Made by a program: the position numbers and the translations under genes. This document shows positions 38,254-49,200 of a stretch of 64,000 nt of DNA, in pieces. The notes beneath the pieces were generated by a model. The model had not been told where the DNA came from, made no database searches, and worked only from the letters and a program-made list of their open reading frames with translations. The DNA comes from Clostridiales bacterium (GTDB taxonomy: Bacteria; Bacillota; Clostridia; Oscillospirales; CAG-272): the NCBI GenBank assembly GCA_022800625.1, contig JAAWQR010000001.1:83736-147735 (forward strand). The letters run 5' to 3'. Position 1 is the first letter of the stretch. Each line of letters opens with the position of its first letter.

Positions 38254-38291
38254 CATTTACTTTTAGAGTAAGTGTGCCCGTTTATCTTTTT
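38249..38291 (+). terminator. Riboswitch expression-platform terminator, overlapping the aptamer 3' arm
   Basis: Stem gggcacatttac (38249-60) / gtaagtgtgccc (38268-79) with one G-U pair, followed by gtttatcttttt. Its 5' arm shares GGGCA with the aptamer. Confidence 0.8.
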
Positions 38292-38344
38292 CAAAATTTA
38301 CCCCACAGGCACAATTTACTAAAAATTGCGAAAGGAAAAATATT

Positions 38345-38836
38345 ATGAAAAAAGTCGGTATTATCATGGGCAGCGACAGCGATATGCCTATTGTGCAGAA
38401 AGCAGTTGATATGCTGAACTCTTTTGACATACCTTACGAAGTGCACATATATTCTGCGCACAGAACTCCCGATGAAGCAAGAGATTTTTCAAGAAATGCA
38501 AGAAAGAACGGATTCGGAGCAATTATCGCGGCGGCAGGTATGGCGGCTCACCTCGCGGGGGCAATTGCAGCCAATACTACCCTCCCCGTCATCGGAATTC
38601 CCTGCAAATCATCAAATCTTGAGGGACTTGACGCACTGCTATCGACAGTACAAATGCCGACGGGTATTCCCGTAGCTACTGTCGCAATAAACGGTGCGGC
38701 AAATGCAGCGCTGATTGCTGCGCAAATAATCGCAGTTGAGGACGCTTCACTTGCAGAAAATCTTGATGCAAAGCGTAAAGCCGATGCCGATGCTGTTCTT
38801 GCCAAAGATGCAGCGCTCACAGAAAAGCTGAGCTAA
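38345..38836 (+). CDS. purE: PurE (N5-CAIR mutase / AIR carboxylase family)
   Basis: 163 aa with GSDSD, SAHRTP and [16 protein letters not shown]. Confidence 0.9.
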   Translation: MKKVGIIMGSDSDMPIVQKAVDMLNSFDIPYEVHIYSAHRTPDEARDFSRNARKNGFGAIIAAAGMAAHLAGAIAANTTLPVIGIPCKSSNLEGLDALLSTVQMPTGIPVATVAINGAANAALIAAQIIAVEDASLAENLDAKRKADADAVLAKDAALTEKLS

Positions 38837-38887
38837 ACCAAATCTAAAAACATAAAAATAATTTACAAATTTGAAAGGACACAAATC

Positions 38888-39598
38888 ATGGAAAAGAAAG
38901 AGATGCTTTATGAAGGAAAGGCAAAGCGCGTTTATGCAACAGATGATCCCGAAGTTTTGCTTGTTGACTACAAAGACGACGCTACTGCATTTAACGGTCT
39001 GAAAAAAGGAACTATTTCAGGTAAAGGCGCAATTAACAACCGAGTTACCAACTATATGATGCAGATACTTGAAAAAGAAGGTGTTCCTACACATCTTGTT
39101 AAAGAACTTTCCGACCGTGAAACTCTTGTTAAAAAAGTATCTATAGTTCCTCTTGAGGTCATTATCAGAAATATTTCCGCGGGTTCTTTCGCTAAGAGGT
39201 ACGGCGTTGAGGAAGGTATTGTATTCTCCGAGCCTACGATTGAATTTTCATATAAAAACGATGATCTCGGCGATCCGCTGATCAACACATATCATGCCCT
39301 TGCTCTCGGTCTTGCAACTAAAGAAGAAGTCAAGACGATTGAGGATATGGCATTTAAGGTAAACTCTGTTATGAAAACTTTCTTTAAGAATCTCAAAGTC
39401 GATCTCGTTGACTTTAAGCTTGAATTCGGCAGACTTTCAGATGGAACTATCGTACTTGCAGATGAAATTTCTCCCGACACATGCCGTTTCTGGGACAGCG
39501 AAACTCATGAAAAGCTTGACAAAGACCGTTTCCGCCGCGATCTCGGAAATGTTGAAGACGCTTATCAGGAAATGATGAAAAGAATTCTCGGAGAATAA
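38888..39598 (+). CDS. purC: SAICAR synthetase
   Basis: 236 aa with [10 protein letters not shown]...[14 protein letters not shown]. Confidence 0.9.
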   Translation: MEKKEMLYEGKAKRVYATDDPEVLLVDYKDDATAFNGLKKGTISGKGAINNRVTNYMMQILEKEGVPTHLVKELSDRETLVKKVSIVPLEVIIRNISAGSFAKRYGVEEGIVFSEPTIEFSYKNDDLGDPLINTYHALALGLATKEEVKTIEDMAFKVNSVMKTFFKNLKVDLVDFKLEFGRLSDGTIVLADEISPDTCRFWDSETHEKLDKDRFRRDLGNVEDAYQEMMKRILGE

Positions 39599-39713
39599 TA
39601 ATCTGCTCTGACAAAGGCAGTTAAATACATCTGCGTATCTTAAAATCTGAAAAAAGCGCAGACACACAACGGATATACCCGACATTAAATCAAGTGAAAG
39701 GCATGGCACATAC

Positions 39714-41138
39714 ATGGGAGGTTTTTTCGGAGCTGCTTGTAATCACGACGCTATCGGCGATGTGTTTTTCGGAGCAGATTACCATTCGCACTTAGGAACA
39801 CGCCGCGGAGGAATTGCGGCATATGACTCAAAAATCGGACTGCAGCGTGAGATTCACAATATAGAAAATTCCCCGTTCCGTACAAAATTTGAGCATGTAT
39901 TTGAGGAGATGAGCGGAACTTCGGCAATCGGCTGCATAAGCGATTCCGATCCTCAGCCGCTTCTTATACGCTCGAAGCTCGGTACGTATGCAATTTGTAC
40001 AATCGGAATTATAAACAATGCCGAAGAGCTGATAGAACGGTATTTTTCCGCAAGCAAAGGTCATTTTGATGCAATGACTGGCGGAGCTGTTAATTCGACC
40101 GAGCTTGCGGCAGCGCTGATTAATCAAAAGGATTCCTTTGTAGATGGAATTAAGTTTGCTCAAGATGTAATTGAAGGAACAGCCTCAATTCTCATTCTGC
40201 GGGATAACGGCGCGATTATTGCGGCTCGTGACAAAGTCGGACGCATTCCCGTTCTTATAGGTAATAATGATAACGGATATTGTGTATCTTTTGAATCCTT
40301 TGCTTACAAGAAGCTCGGTTATGACGATAAATGCGAACTCGGTCCGGGGGAAATCGTTGAAATTAAATCAGACGGTATAAAACAGCTTTCTCCTCCCCGC
40401 GATAAAATGAGGATTTGTGCTTTTCTGTGGTCTTATTACGGATATCCGACTTCAAATTATGAGGGTGTTAATGTTGAGGCTATGCGCTACCGTAACGGTG
40501 AGATCATGGCTGAGCATGACAAAGAGATAGGCAATACGGAAAATCTTGACTATGTAGGCGGAGTGCCCGATTCGGGTACTCCTCATGCTATCGGATATGC
40601 AAATAAGAGCGGCACACCTTTTGCAAGACCTTTTATAAAATATACTCCTACCTGGCCGAGAAGCTTTATGCCTGCAAATCAAAAAGAAAGAAACAAAATT
40701 GCTAACATGAAGCAGATTCCCGTCCATGAGTTGATAAGAGACAAAAACCTGCTTTTTGTTGACGACTCTATCGTGCGCGGAACACAGCTTAAAGAAACTG
40801 TCGATTTTCTTTATACAAACGGAGCGAAGTCGGTTCACATGCGCTCGGCATGTCCGCCGATAATGTACGGATGTAAATTCCTTAATTTTTCAAGATCTAC
40901 AAATGAAATGGAGCTTATTGCTCGCCGTGTAATAATGGAGCTTGAAGGAGAAGCGGGCTTTGATCATTTGGAAGAATACAGCGATTCATCTACTGAGCGC
41001 GGACAAAATCTGAGGCATGCTATTTGCGAAAAATTCCATTTTGCGTCTCTTGAATTCCAATCCATCGAAGGCATTATTGAAGCTATCGGAATTGATCCCG
41101 ACAAACTTTGCACATACTGCTGGACAGGTAAAGAATAA
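39714..41138 (+). CDS. purF: Amidophosphoribosyltransferase homologue with an atypical N-terminus (MGGFFG, no Cys nucleophile)
   Basis: 474 aa with an intact PRTase motif LLFVDDSIVRGTQ and an Ntn-glutaminase-like N-domain. Gly replaces Cys at the position after the initiator Met. Confidence 0.75.
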   Translation: MGGFFGAACNHDAIGDVFFGADYHSHLGTRRGGIAAYDSKIGLQREIHNIENSPFRTKFEHVFEEMSGTSAIGCISDSDPQPLLIRSKLGTYAICTIGIINNAEELIERYFSASKGHFDAMTGGAVNSTELAAALINQKDSFVDGIKFAQDVIEGTASILILRDNGAIIAARDKVGRIPVLIGNNDNGYCVSFESFAYKKLGYDDKCELGPGEIVEIKSDGIKQLSPPRDKMRICAFLWSYYGYPTSNYEGVNVEAMRYRNGEIMAEHDKEIGNTENLDYVGGVPDSGTPHAIGYANKSGTPFARPFIKYTPTWPRSFMPANQKERNKIANMKQIPVHELIRDKNLLFVDDSIVRGTQLKETVDFLYTNGAKSVHMRSACPPIMYGCKFLNFSRSTNEMELIARRVIMELEGEAGFDHLEEYSDSSTERGQNLRHAICEKFHFASLEFQSIEGIIEAIGIDPDKLCTYCWTGKE

Positions 41139-41220
41139 AATTATCTGTGTTATGCCGAACAGCGGCAGAACAAACAAAAAATAAATTCAGCGCCGTATCA
41201 CGGCGAAATAGGAGATTACT

Positions 41221-42264
41221 ATGAATACGCAATCCAGATCTGATAGCTATGCAGCAGCAGGAGTTGATATAACTGCCGGATACCGCGCTGTAGAGCTTAT
41301 GAAAAAACATATTGCAACAACTCTTACTGACGGTGTTTGCTCAGATGTCGGAGGCTTTGGCGGACTTTTTGAGCTTGACGTTACAGGTATGAGCCGCCCC
41401 GTACTTGTTTCGGGAACCGACGGAGTAGGAACTAAGCTTAAAATCGCATTTTTGATGGACAAGCATGATACTGTCGGAATCGACTGCGTTGCTATGTGTG
41501 TAAACGATATTATCTGCTGCGGTGCGCGTCCTCTTTTCTTCCTTGACTACATTGCTTGCGGAAAGAATGTTCCCGAACGTATTGCAGATATTGTGAAAGG
41601 CGTATGCGACGGCTGCGTTCAGTCAGGCGCTGCGCTCATCGGCGGCGAAACCGCCGAAATGCCGGGATTTTATCCTGTTGACGAATACGATCTTGCAGGT
41701 TACTGCACCGGTATTGTTGACAAAAGCCGCATAATCGATAATAAAACAATGAAAGCGGGAGACGTTGTAATTGCTCTTCCCTCCAGCGGCGTTCATTCAA
41801 ACGGATTTTCACTTGTCCGTAAAGTTTTTGATGTGGAAAACAGTGATATTAAAACTCATCTTGAAGTACTCAGCGGCAGAAGCATAGGCGAGGCTCTCCT
41901 TGCACCGACCAAAATATATGTAAAACCCGTTCTTGCACTTCTTGAAAAAGTAAATGTTCGCGGAATATCACATATTACAGGCGGCGGTTTTTATGAAAAT
42001 ATCCCGAGAAGTATACCGAACGGACTCGGCGCAAAAATTGCTAAGTCAAGCGTTCGTGTTCTGCCGATTTTTGATCTCATATCTAAAACGGGAAATATTG
42101 ATGAGCGCGATATGTTCAACACATTTAACATGGGCGTTGGCATGAGTATCGTCGTACCTGATGATGAAGTTGAAACAGCGCTTAAGATTCTTGCAGAAAA
42201 CGAAGAAGACGCATATGTGATAGGTGAAATAGTCGAAAGTGACGAAAAGATCATACTTAAATAA
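41221..42264 (+). CDS. purM: AIR synthetase
   Basis: 347 aa with [13 protein letters not shown] and HITGGG. Confidence 0.9.
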   Translation: MNTQSRSDSYAAAGVDITAGYRAVELMKKHIATTLTDGVCSDVGGFGGLFELDVTGMSRPVLVSGTDGVGTKLKIAFLMDKHDTVGIDCVAMCVNDIICCGARPLFFLDYIACGKNVPERIADIVKGVCDGCVQSGAALIGGETAEMPGFYPVDEYDLAGYCTGIVDKSRIIDNKTMKAGDVVIALPSSGVHSNGFSLVRKVFDVENSDIKTHLEVLSGRSIGEALLAPTKIYVKPVLALLEKVNVRGISHITGGGFYENIPRSIPNGLGAKIAKSSVRVLPIFDLISKTGNIDERDMFNTFNMGVGMSIVVPDDEVETALKILAENEEDAYVIGEIVESDEKIILK

Positions 42265-42319
42265 GCGGATATAGTACTTCATGATTTTTAGCCGCCAACG
42301 CGGCAGACGGGAGATTATT

Positions 42320-42928
42320 ATGAAAAAGGCGCGTATAGCTATAATGGTATCCGGCGGCGGTACTAATCTTCAAGCCTTGATTGATGCCGAGCAAAACGGC
42401 ATAATATCGAGCGGAAAAATATGCCTTGTTATCTCAAACAACGCGGGAGCTTTTGCTCTTGAAAGAGCAAAAAATGCTTCGATAGATACTGCTGTTGTTC
42501 TGAAAAGCGATCTTGGCTCTCAGGAAGCCTTTGAGGGTAGGATTAAAGAATATCTTACAGAATATCAGATAGACTTTATTGTGCTTGCAGGCTTTATGTC
42601 GATACTCAGCGAAAGCTTTACAAGAGAATACCCGCGCCGCATAATAAACGTACATCCTTCCCTGATACCCGCATTTTGTGGAAAGGGATTCTATGGACTG
42701 AGGGTACATCAAGCCGCTATTGATTACGGGGTAAAGCTAACGGGCGCAACCGTACACTTTGTAAATGAAGTGCCCGACGGCGGTGAAATAATAATGCAAA
42801 AGGCTGTAAAAATTCGTGAAAATGACACTCCGGAAACTTTGCAAAAACGAGTAATGCGTCTTGCTGAGTGGAAGATACTTCCCGAATCGGTCGAAAAAGT
42901 CTGTGCAGAACTTGTTCGGAAAGATTAA
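42320..42928 (+). CDS. purN: GAR formyltransferase (folate-dependent)
   Basis: MKKARIAIMVSGGGTNLQALID...INVHPSLIP. ATG at 42320 follows GGGAG. The track start at 42281 is rejected. Confidence 0.9.
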   Translation: MKKARIAIMVSGGGTNLQALIDAEQNGIISSGKICLVISNNAGAFALERAKNASIDTAVVLKSDLGSQEAFEGRIKEYLTEYQIDFIVLAGFMSILSESFTREYPRRIINVHPSLIPAFCGKGFYGLRVHQAAIDYGVKLTGATVHFVNEVPDGGEIIMQKAVKIRENDTPETLQKRVMRLAEWKILPESVEKVCAELVRKD

Positions 42929-42962
42929 CAAACATTTTATAAAAAAAGGTGAGGTTATCGCT

Positions 42963-43682
42963 ATGAACATATATAAAATTAACGATATTGCAGAGCTTAT
43001 TCGCGGGAACTCATATGTCGGCCGCGGAATTGTTATAGGAAAAACTGCTGACGGTGAAAAAGCATGTACTGCCTATTTTATTATGGGTCGCAGTGCAAAC
43101 AGCCGTAACCGAATATTTAAGGAACACGGCGGAGATCTTTATACAGAGCCTTTTGACGCATCAAAGGTTGAGGATCCGAGCCTTATAATTTACGCTGCGG
43201 TAAGAGAAGCGGGAAATCGCCTGATTGTCACAAACGGCGATCAGACTGATACTGTTTATGACGGAATCACTTCCGGAAAGAGCTTCGGCGAGGCTTTGAA
43301 GTCGCGCGAGTTTGAGCCTGACGCTCCGAATCTTACTCCCAGAATCAGCGGAATGCTCACATTTGAAAACGATGATTTCACATATGAAATGAGCATCCTG
43401 AAAAGCGCCGATGCCGATGGTACAGCATGCAACAGATACACCTTCTCTTATCCCTCGCTGAACGGTCTCGGACACTTTATTCATACCTATGTATGCGACG
43501 GCAATCCGATTCCGACATTCCAGGGAGAACCTGAGAGAGTAGCTATCCTCGACAGCATTGATGAGTTTACAAATTCGCTTTGGGACGCGCTTGACGCCGA
43601 CAATAAGATCTCACTTTATGTAAGATATACCGATATTAAATCAGGAAAAATCGAAAAAAGACTTATTAACAAGAATAAATAA
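42963..43682 (+). CDS. purO: PurO-type (archaeal-type) IMP cyclohydrolase
   Basis: 239 aa from ATG 42963 (RBS GGTGAGG). NSYVGRGIVIGKTADGEKACTAYFIMGRSANSRNR matches my memory of the IMP_cyclohyd (PurO) family. Located between purN and the AICARFT gene. Confidence 0.7.
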   Translation: MNIYKINDIAELIRGNSYVGRGIVIGKTADGEKACTAYFIMGRSANSRNRIFKEHGGDLYTEPFDASKVEDPSLIIYAAVREAGNRLIVTNGDQTDTVYDGITSGKSFGEALKSREFEPDAPNLTPRISGMLTFENDDFTYEMSILKSADADGTACNRYTFSYPSLNGLGHFIHTYVCDGNPIPTFQGEPERVAILDSIDEFTNSLWDALDADNKISLYVRYTDIKSGKIEKRLINKNK

Positions 43683-43743
43683 ATCTTGACAGCGTAGGCT
43701 TAAGTAAAACAATTATTAAATTTATGAAAGGCACTTCTGTACT

Positions 43744-44928
43744 ATGAAAGATTTTGAACTAAAATACGGTTGTAATCCCAATCAGAAACCGGCAAAAATA
43801 TTTATAAACGACGGCTCTGATCTTCCGATAGAAATACTCTCAGGCAGACCGGGATATATAAATTTCCTCGACGCATTCAACTCATGGCAGCTTGTCCGCG
43901 AACTGAAAGCAGCGCTCGGACTTCCCGCCGTAACTTCCTTCAAGCATGTAAGTCCTACTTCTGCAGCTGTCGGTATTCCCCTTTCGGACAAGCTGAAAAA
44001 AGCCTGCTTTGTTGACGATATTGACGGTCTTGACGATTCTCCTTTGGCTTGCGCATATGCGAGAGCAAGAGGCACTGACAGAATGTGCTCTTTCGGTGAC
44101 TGGGTAGCGCTATCCGATGTCTGCGACGTTACTACGGCAAAAATGATAAAGAGAGAAGTCTCCGACGGAATTATAGCTCCGGGTTATGAGCCTGAAGCAC
44201 TTGAGATACTGAAAACAAAGAAAAAAGGCGCGTACAATATCGTTAAGATAGATCCCGATTATGTTCCCTGTGAAATCGAGCATAAGCAGGTATTCGGCAT
44301 TACATTTGAGCAAGGAAGAAATAATTTTAAGATTGACAGCGAGTTGCTGACAAATCTTGTTACCAAAAATAAAGAGCTTCCGAGCGATGCCGTCCGCGAT
44401 CTCATTATTGCTCTGATAACTCTTAAATATACTCAGTCCAATTCAGTATGCTATGCTGTAGACGGACAGGCAATCGGCGTCGGCGCAGGTCAGCAGTCAA
44501 GAATCCACTGCACAAGACTTGCGGGAACAAAAGCCGACACTTGGTTCCTCAGACAACACGAAAAGGTTCTCTCTCTTCCCTTCAAAGATACTCTCGGACG
44601 AGCTGACAGAGACAATATAATTGACGGGTATATCAATAAAAATGAAGAGGACGTATGTGCCGATGGAATCTGGCAGAACTACTTCACAAGCAGACCGGAG
44701 CCTTTAAGCGACATTGAAATCAGTGAATATCTTTCCGCTATCGACGGAGTTTCGCTTGCTTCCGACGCATTCTTCCCGTTCAGCGACAATATTGAGCGTG
44801 CTCACAAGAGCGGAGTTAAATATATTGCTGAACCCGGCGGATCGATCAGAGATGATCTTGTTATCTCCTGCTGTGATAAGTACGGAATTGCTATGGCATT
44901 CACGGGAATGAGACTGTTCCATCATTGA
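43744..44928 (+). CDS. purH: AICAR formyltransferase-only protein (PurH C-terminal domain, no MGS-like IMPCH domain)
   Basis: 394 aa beginning LKYGCNPNQ, with GVGAGQQSRIHCTRLA and a C-terminal GMRLFHH, as in the PurH AICARFT domain. Confidence 0.8.
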   Translation: MKDFELKYGCNPNQKPAKIFINDGSDLPIEILSGRPGYINFLDAFNSWQLVRELKAALGLPAVTSFKHVSPTSAAVGIPLSDKLKKACFVDDIDGLDDSPLACAYARARGTDRMCSFGDWVALSDVCDVTTAKMIKREVSDGIIAPGYEPEALEILKTKKKGAYNIVKIDPDYVPCEIEHKQVFGITFEQGRNNFKIDSELLTNLVTKNKELPSDAVRDLIIALITLKYTQSNSVCYAVDGQAIGVGAGQQSRIHCTRLAGTKADTWFLRQHEKVLSLPFKDTLGRADRDNIIDGYINKNEEDVCADGIWQNYFTSRPEPLSDIEISEYLSAIDGVSLASDAFFPFSDNIERAHKSGVKYIAEPGGSIRDDLVISCCDKYGIAMAFTGMRLFHH

Positions 44929-44952
44929 TAGATTAAGAAAGGCATGCGCTTA

Positions 44953-46224
44953 ATGAAAATTATGGTTGTAGGTGGCGGCGGAAGAGAGCACGCCATCATC
45001 AAAAAGTTAAAAGAAAACAGCAGCGTTGAAAAAATATACGCTCTTCCTGGAAACGGCGGTATCGCAGCCGATGCAGAATGCGTGAATATCGGAGCCTGCG
45101 ATATCGATAGTATCATAGAATTTGCAGTTGAAAACAAGATTGATTATGCTGTGGTTGCTCCCGATGATCCGCTTGTTCTCGGCGCTGTAGATTCGCTTGA
45201 AGAGGTCGGAATTCCTTGTTTCGGTCCGAGAAAAAATGCGGCAATTATAGAAGGCAGTAAGGCTTTTTCAAAAAATCTGATGAAAAAGTACGGTATTCCG
45301 ACTGCAAAATACGAGATATTTGATAATTTAGAGTGTGCTCTTGATTATATTGAAACATGTCCTATTCCGACTGTCATTAAGGCAGACGGGCTTGCTCTCG
45401 GAAAAGGCGTTATAATAGCCGAAACCCGTGACGCGGCACGTGATGCGGTTCGTTCGATGATGGCTGACAAAGCATTCGGAAAAAGCGGAGAGACTGTAGT
45501 AGTAGAAGAATTTTTGACAGGGCCTGAGGTTTCTGTGCTCTCATTTACCGACGGAAATGTTGTTGTTCCCATGATATCGTCAATGGATCACAAGCGTGCG
45601 GGAGACGGTGACACAGGACTTAACACAGGCGGTATGGGCACGGTAGCACCGAATCCGTATTATACATCTGAAATTGCAGACAAGTGTATGCAGACAATAT
45701 TTGAGCCTACAATAAAAGCAATGAGCGCCGAAGGCAGAACCTTCAAAGGCTGTCTTTACTTCGGTCTTATGATCACTCCCGGCGGTCCGAAAGTAATTGA
45801 GTATAACTGCCGCTTCGGCGATCCCGAGACTCAGGTAGTCCTTCCCCTTCTTGAAAGTGATCTCCTTACCGTTATGCAGGCTGTGACTGACGGCAAGCTT
45901 GCAGAAACCGAGGTAAAATTCAGCAATAAATCTGCATGCTGCGTCATTATGGCGTCTGACGGTTACCCCGTCAAGTATGACAAGGGATTTGAAATTACAA
46001 TTCCTGACGATATAGTTAACAATGTATACGTTGCAGGAGCGTCTTCAAAGGATGGTAAGCTGTTGACAAGCGGCGGACGTGTTCTCGGTGTTACCGAAAC
46101 TGCGGATACACTGAGCGAAGCTGTACGGAAATCCTATAAATCTGTCGAGAAAATTAAATTTGATAATGCTTACTACAGGCATGATATTGGGGCGCGGGCA
46201 CTGCTTGCAGCGGAGGAAAAGTAA
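44953..46224 (+). CDS. purD: GAR synthetase
   Basis: MKIMVVGGGGREHAI... with an ATP-grasp fold. ATG at 44953 lies 10 nt after GAAAGG. Confidence 0.9.
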   Translation: MKIMVVGGGGREHAIIKKLKENSSVEKIYALPGNGGIAADAECVNIGACDIDSIIEFAVENKIDYAVVAPDDPLVLGAVDSLEEVGIPCFGPRKNAAIIEGSKAFSKNLMKKYGIPTAKYEIFDNLECALDYIETCPIPTVIKADGLALGKGVIIAETRDAARDAVRSMMADKAFGKSGETVVVEEFLTGPEVSVLSFTDGNVVVPMISSMDHKRAGDGDTGLNTGGMGTVAPNPYYTSEIADKCMQTIFEPTIKAMSAEGRTFKGCLYFGLMITPGGPKVIEYNCRFGDPETQVVLPLLESDLLTVMQAVTDGKLAETEVKFSNKSACCVIMASDGYPVKYDKGFEITIPDDIVNNVYVAGASSKDGKLLTSGGRVLGVTETADTLSEAVRKSYKSVEKIKFDNAYYRHDIGARALLAAEEK

Positions 46225-49200
46225 TGGTATACAGAATATTTGTTGAAAAGAAAAAGGAACTTGCTCACGAGGCTGCCGCACTTCTGAACGATATACGTAC
46301 TTTGCTCGGAATCGAAGGCATCGAAAATGTTCGTGTTATTAACCGTTACGATGCTGAAAATATCACGAAAAAGCTTTTTGATTACTCTGTAAAGACTGTA
46401 TTTTCCGAACCTCAGCTTGATATTGCATCAGAAGAAGTCGATCTTGCAAACGCCGAAGTATTTGCGGTTGAATATTTGCCGGGACAGTTTGACCAGAGAG
46501 CAGATTCTGCGTCTCAGTGTATTCAGATAATATCTCAGGGAGAACGTCCGACAGTCAGAACAGCTAAAATTTATGCTTTGTACGGAAATCTTACCGAGGA
46601 TGATATTGAAAAAATCAAAAAATATGTAATAAATCCTGTTGAGTCGAGAGAAGCATCCGAAGAAAAGCCCGAAACTCTGAACATGGAGTACAGCGTTCCG
46701 ACTTCAGTTAAGACACTTGACGGATTTATCGAGCTTGACAGAGCGGGACTTGAAGCATTTATCTCAGAGTACGGTCTTGCAATGGATATTGACGATATTC
46801 TCTTCTGTCAGAAGTACTTTAAAGGCGAAAATCGGAATCCCACAATTACGGAAATACGCATGATCGATACTTATTGGTCAGATCACTGCCGTCATACAAC
46901 CTTCCTCACAATTATCGACAATGTTAAGTTTGAAGATGAGCTTCTTCAAAAAACTTATAACGAATATCTTAAGACAAGACATGATTTAGGTCGTGACAAC
47001 AAACCGATCTGTCTCATGGATATCGCAACGGTTGCCGTCAGACACCTTAAAGCAAACGGCAAGCTTGACCGCCTTGACGAATCTGAGGAGATCAATGCAT
47101 GCACGGTTAAGATAGACGTTGAAGTGGATGGAAAAAGCGAGCCTTGGCTTCTGCTTTTCAAAAACGAAACACATAATCACCCAACGGAGATCGAGCCGTT
47201 CGGAGGAGCGGCTACTTGTATCGGCGGCGCAATCCGCGATCCCCTTTCGGGCAGATCTTATGTCTACGGTGCAATGAGAGTTACGGGAGCTGCCGATCCG
47301 TTAAAAAGTGTAGATCAGACTATCCCCGGTAAGCTTCCGCAGCGCAAAATCGTTACGACCGCCGCTGCCGGATATTCTTCATACGGAAATCAAATAGGTC
47401 TTGCAACGGGAATCGTTGATGAAATCTATCATCCGGGATATGCTGCAAAGCGTATGGAAATCGGAGCTGTCATTGCAGCTGCTCCTGCCGCCAATGTACG
47501 CCGCGAGCGCCCGACGCCCGGAGATATCGTAATCCTTCTCGGCGGAGCTACGGGACGTGACGGATGCGGAGGAGCTACAGGCTCATCAAAGTCTCACACC
47601 TCAAAATCACTTGAAACATGCGGAGCAGAAGTGCAGAAAGGTAATGCGCCTGAGGAACGCAAGCTTCAGAGATTGTTCAGAAATGCAGAAGCTTGCCGTA
47701 TGATAAAACGCTGTAACGATTTCGGCGCAGGCGGTGTCTCCGTAGCAATCGGAGAACTTGCCGACGGTCTTGAAATTGATCTTAACGCAGTACCAAAGAA
47801 ATACGAAGGTCTTGACGGAACCGAGCTTGCAATCAGTGAATCACAGGAACGTATGGCTGTTGTTATCGAGCCCGAAAATATTGACCGTTTCCTTGAGCTT
47901 GCAGAAAGCGAGAACCTCAAAGCTACGCCTGTTGCGGTAGTTACGGAAAACGCCCGCCTTGTTATGAACTGGAACTGTACGAAAATCGTTGATATTGACC
48001 GTGAGTTCTTAAATTCAAACGGAGCTGAAAAGCATATCGATGCATGTGCTGTATCTGCAAAACCTTATAATAAGAACATAGACGGTTCATTCAGCGACAA
48101 TATAAAGTCTGTAGCGGATGATCTTAACACTTGTTCAAAGCGCGGTCTGTCGGAAAGATTTGACTCCACTATCGGAGCGGGAACAGTTCTGATGCCTTTC
48201 GGAGGAAAAAATCAGCTTACCCCCATACAGAGTATGGTTCAAAAAATATCCGTTGAAAAAGAACATACAAACGACTGCTCATTCATGTCTTTCGGATATA
48301 ATCCGTTTATTACCGAAGCAAGTCCGTATCACGGAGCTTATCTTGCGGTAATTGAATCGGTCTGCAAGCTTATAGCAAGCGGAGCTGAATTTAAAGACGT
48401 GTATTTGACATTCCAGGAGTATTTTGAACATCCCGGAAATGAAGCTTCACGTTGGGGCAAGCCTCTTGCCGCTCTTCTCGGAGCATTTAAAGCTCAGATG
48501 GAGCTTCAGATAGCTTCTATAGGCGGTAAAGATTCAATGAGCGGTTCTTTTGAAGATCTTGACGTTCCGCCTACACTCGTTTCTTTTGCGGTAACTACGG
48601 GGAAAACGTCCGATGTTGTCTCACCCGAATTCAAGTCAGCAGGACACCGTGTGGTAATTCTTTCTCCCGATACGGACGAAAACGGACTGCCTGCAACCGA
48701 ATCGCTTCTTAAAAACTTTGCGTTTGTCACTTCTCTGCTCCGCTCCGGCAAGGCTGTATCCTGCTATACTCCCGGAATGGGCGGTGTTACGGAAGCAGTT
48801 ATGAAGATGTCCTTCGGTAACAGCATCGGATTTAAGTTTGACGATGCTGTTAGTGCAGATGAAATATTCGCATACAGCTATGCTTCATTTATACTTGAAC
48901 TGAGCGACGAGAACGCTGCTTCCGATATCAAGACTCTCGGATACACAGTAAGCGATGAGGTAATCTCATATCGCGAAGAACAGGTAAACCTCGGCGAGCT
49001 TCTCGGAATTTATGAGGGCAAGCTTGAAAGTGTATTTAACTGCAATATTCCCGATGACAATTCTACTGTTCGTAACTTTGATTATAAGGTTACAGAGCGC
49101 CGTGCACCTGCTGTCAAGTGTGCCCGTCCGCGTGTGCTGATTCCCGCCTTCCCCGGTACAAACTGCGAATATGATTCAGCTAAGGCTGTCAGAGACGCAG

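Noticed and set aside
39599-39713. Possible internal terminators or regulatory hairpins between purC/purF and purF/purM
   Set aside because: Only 5-bp stems occur (ctgcg...cgcag, tgccg...cggca, cgccg...cggcg), with no U-tracts. These are too weak to call.
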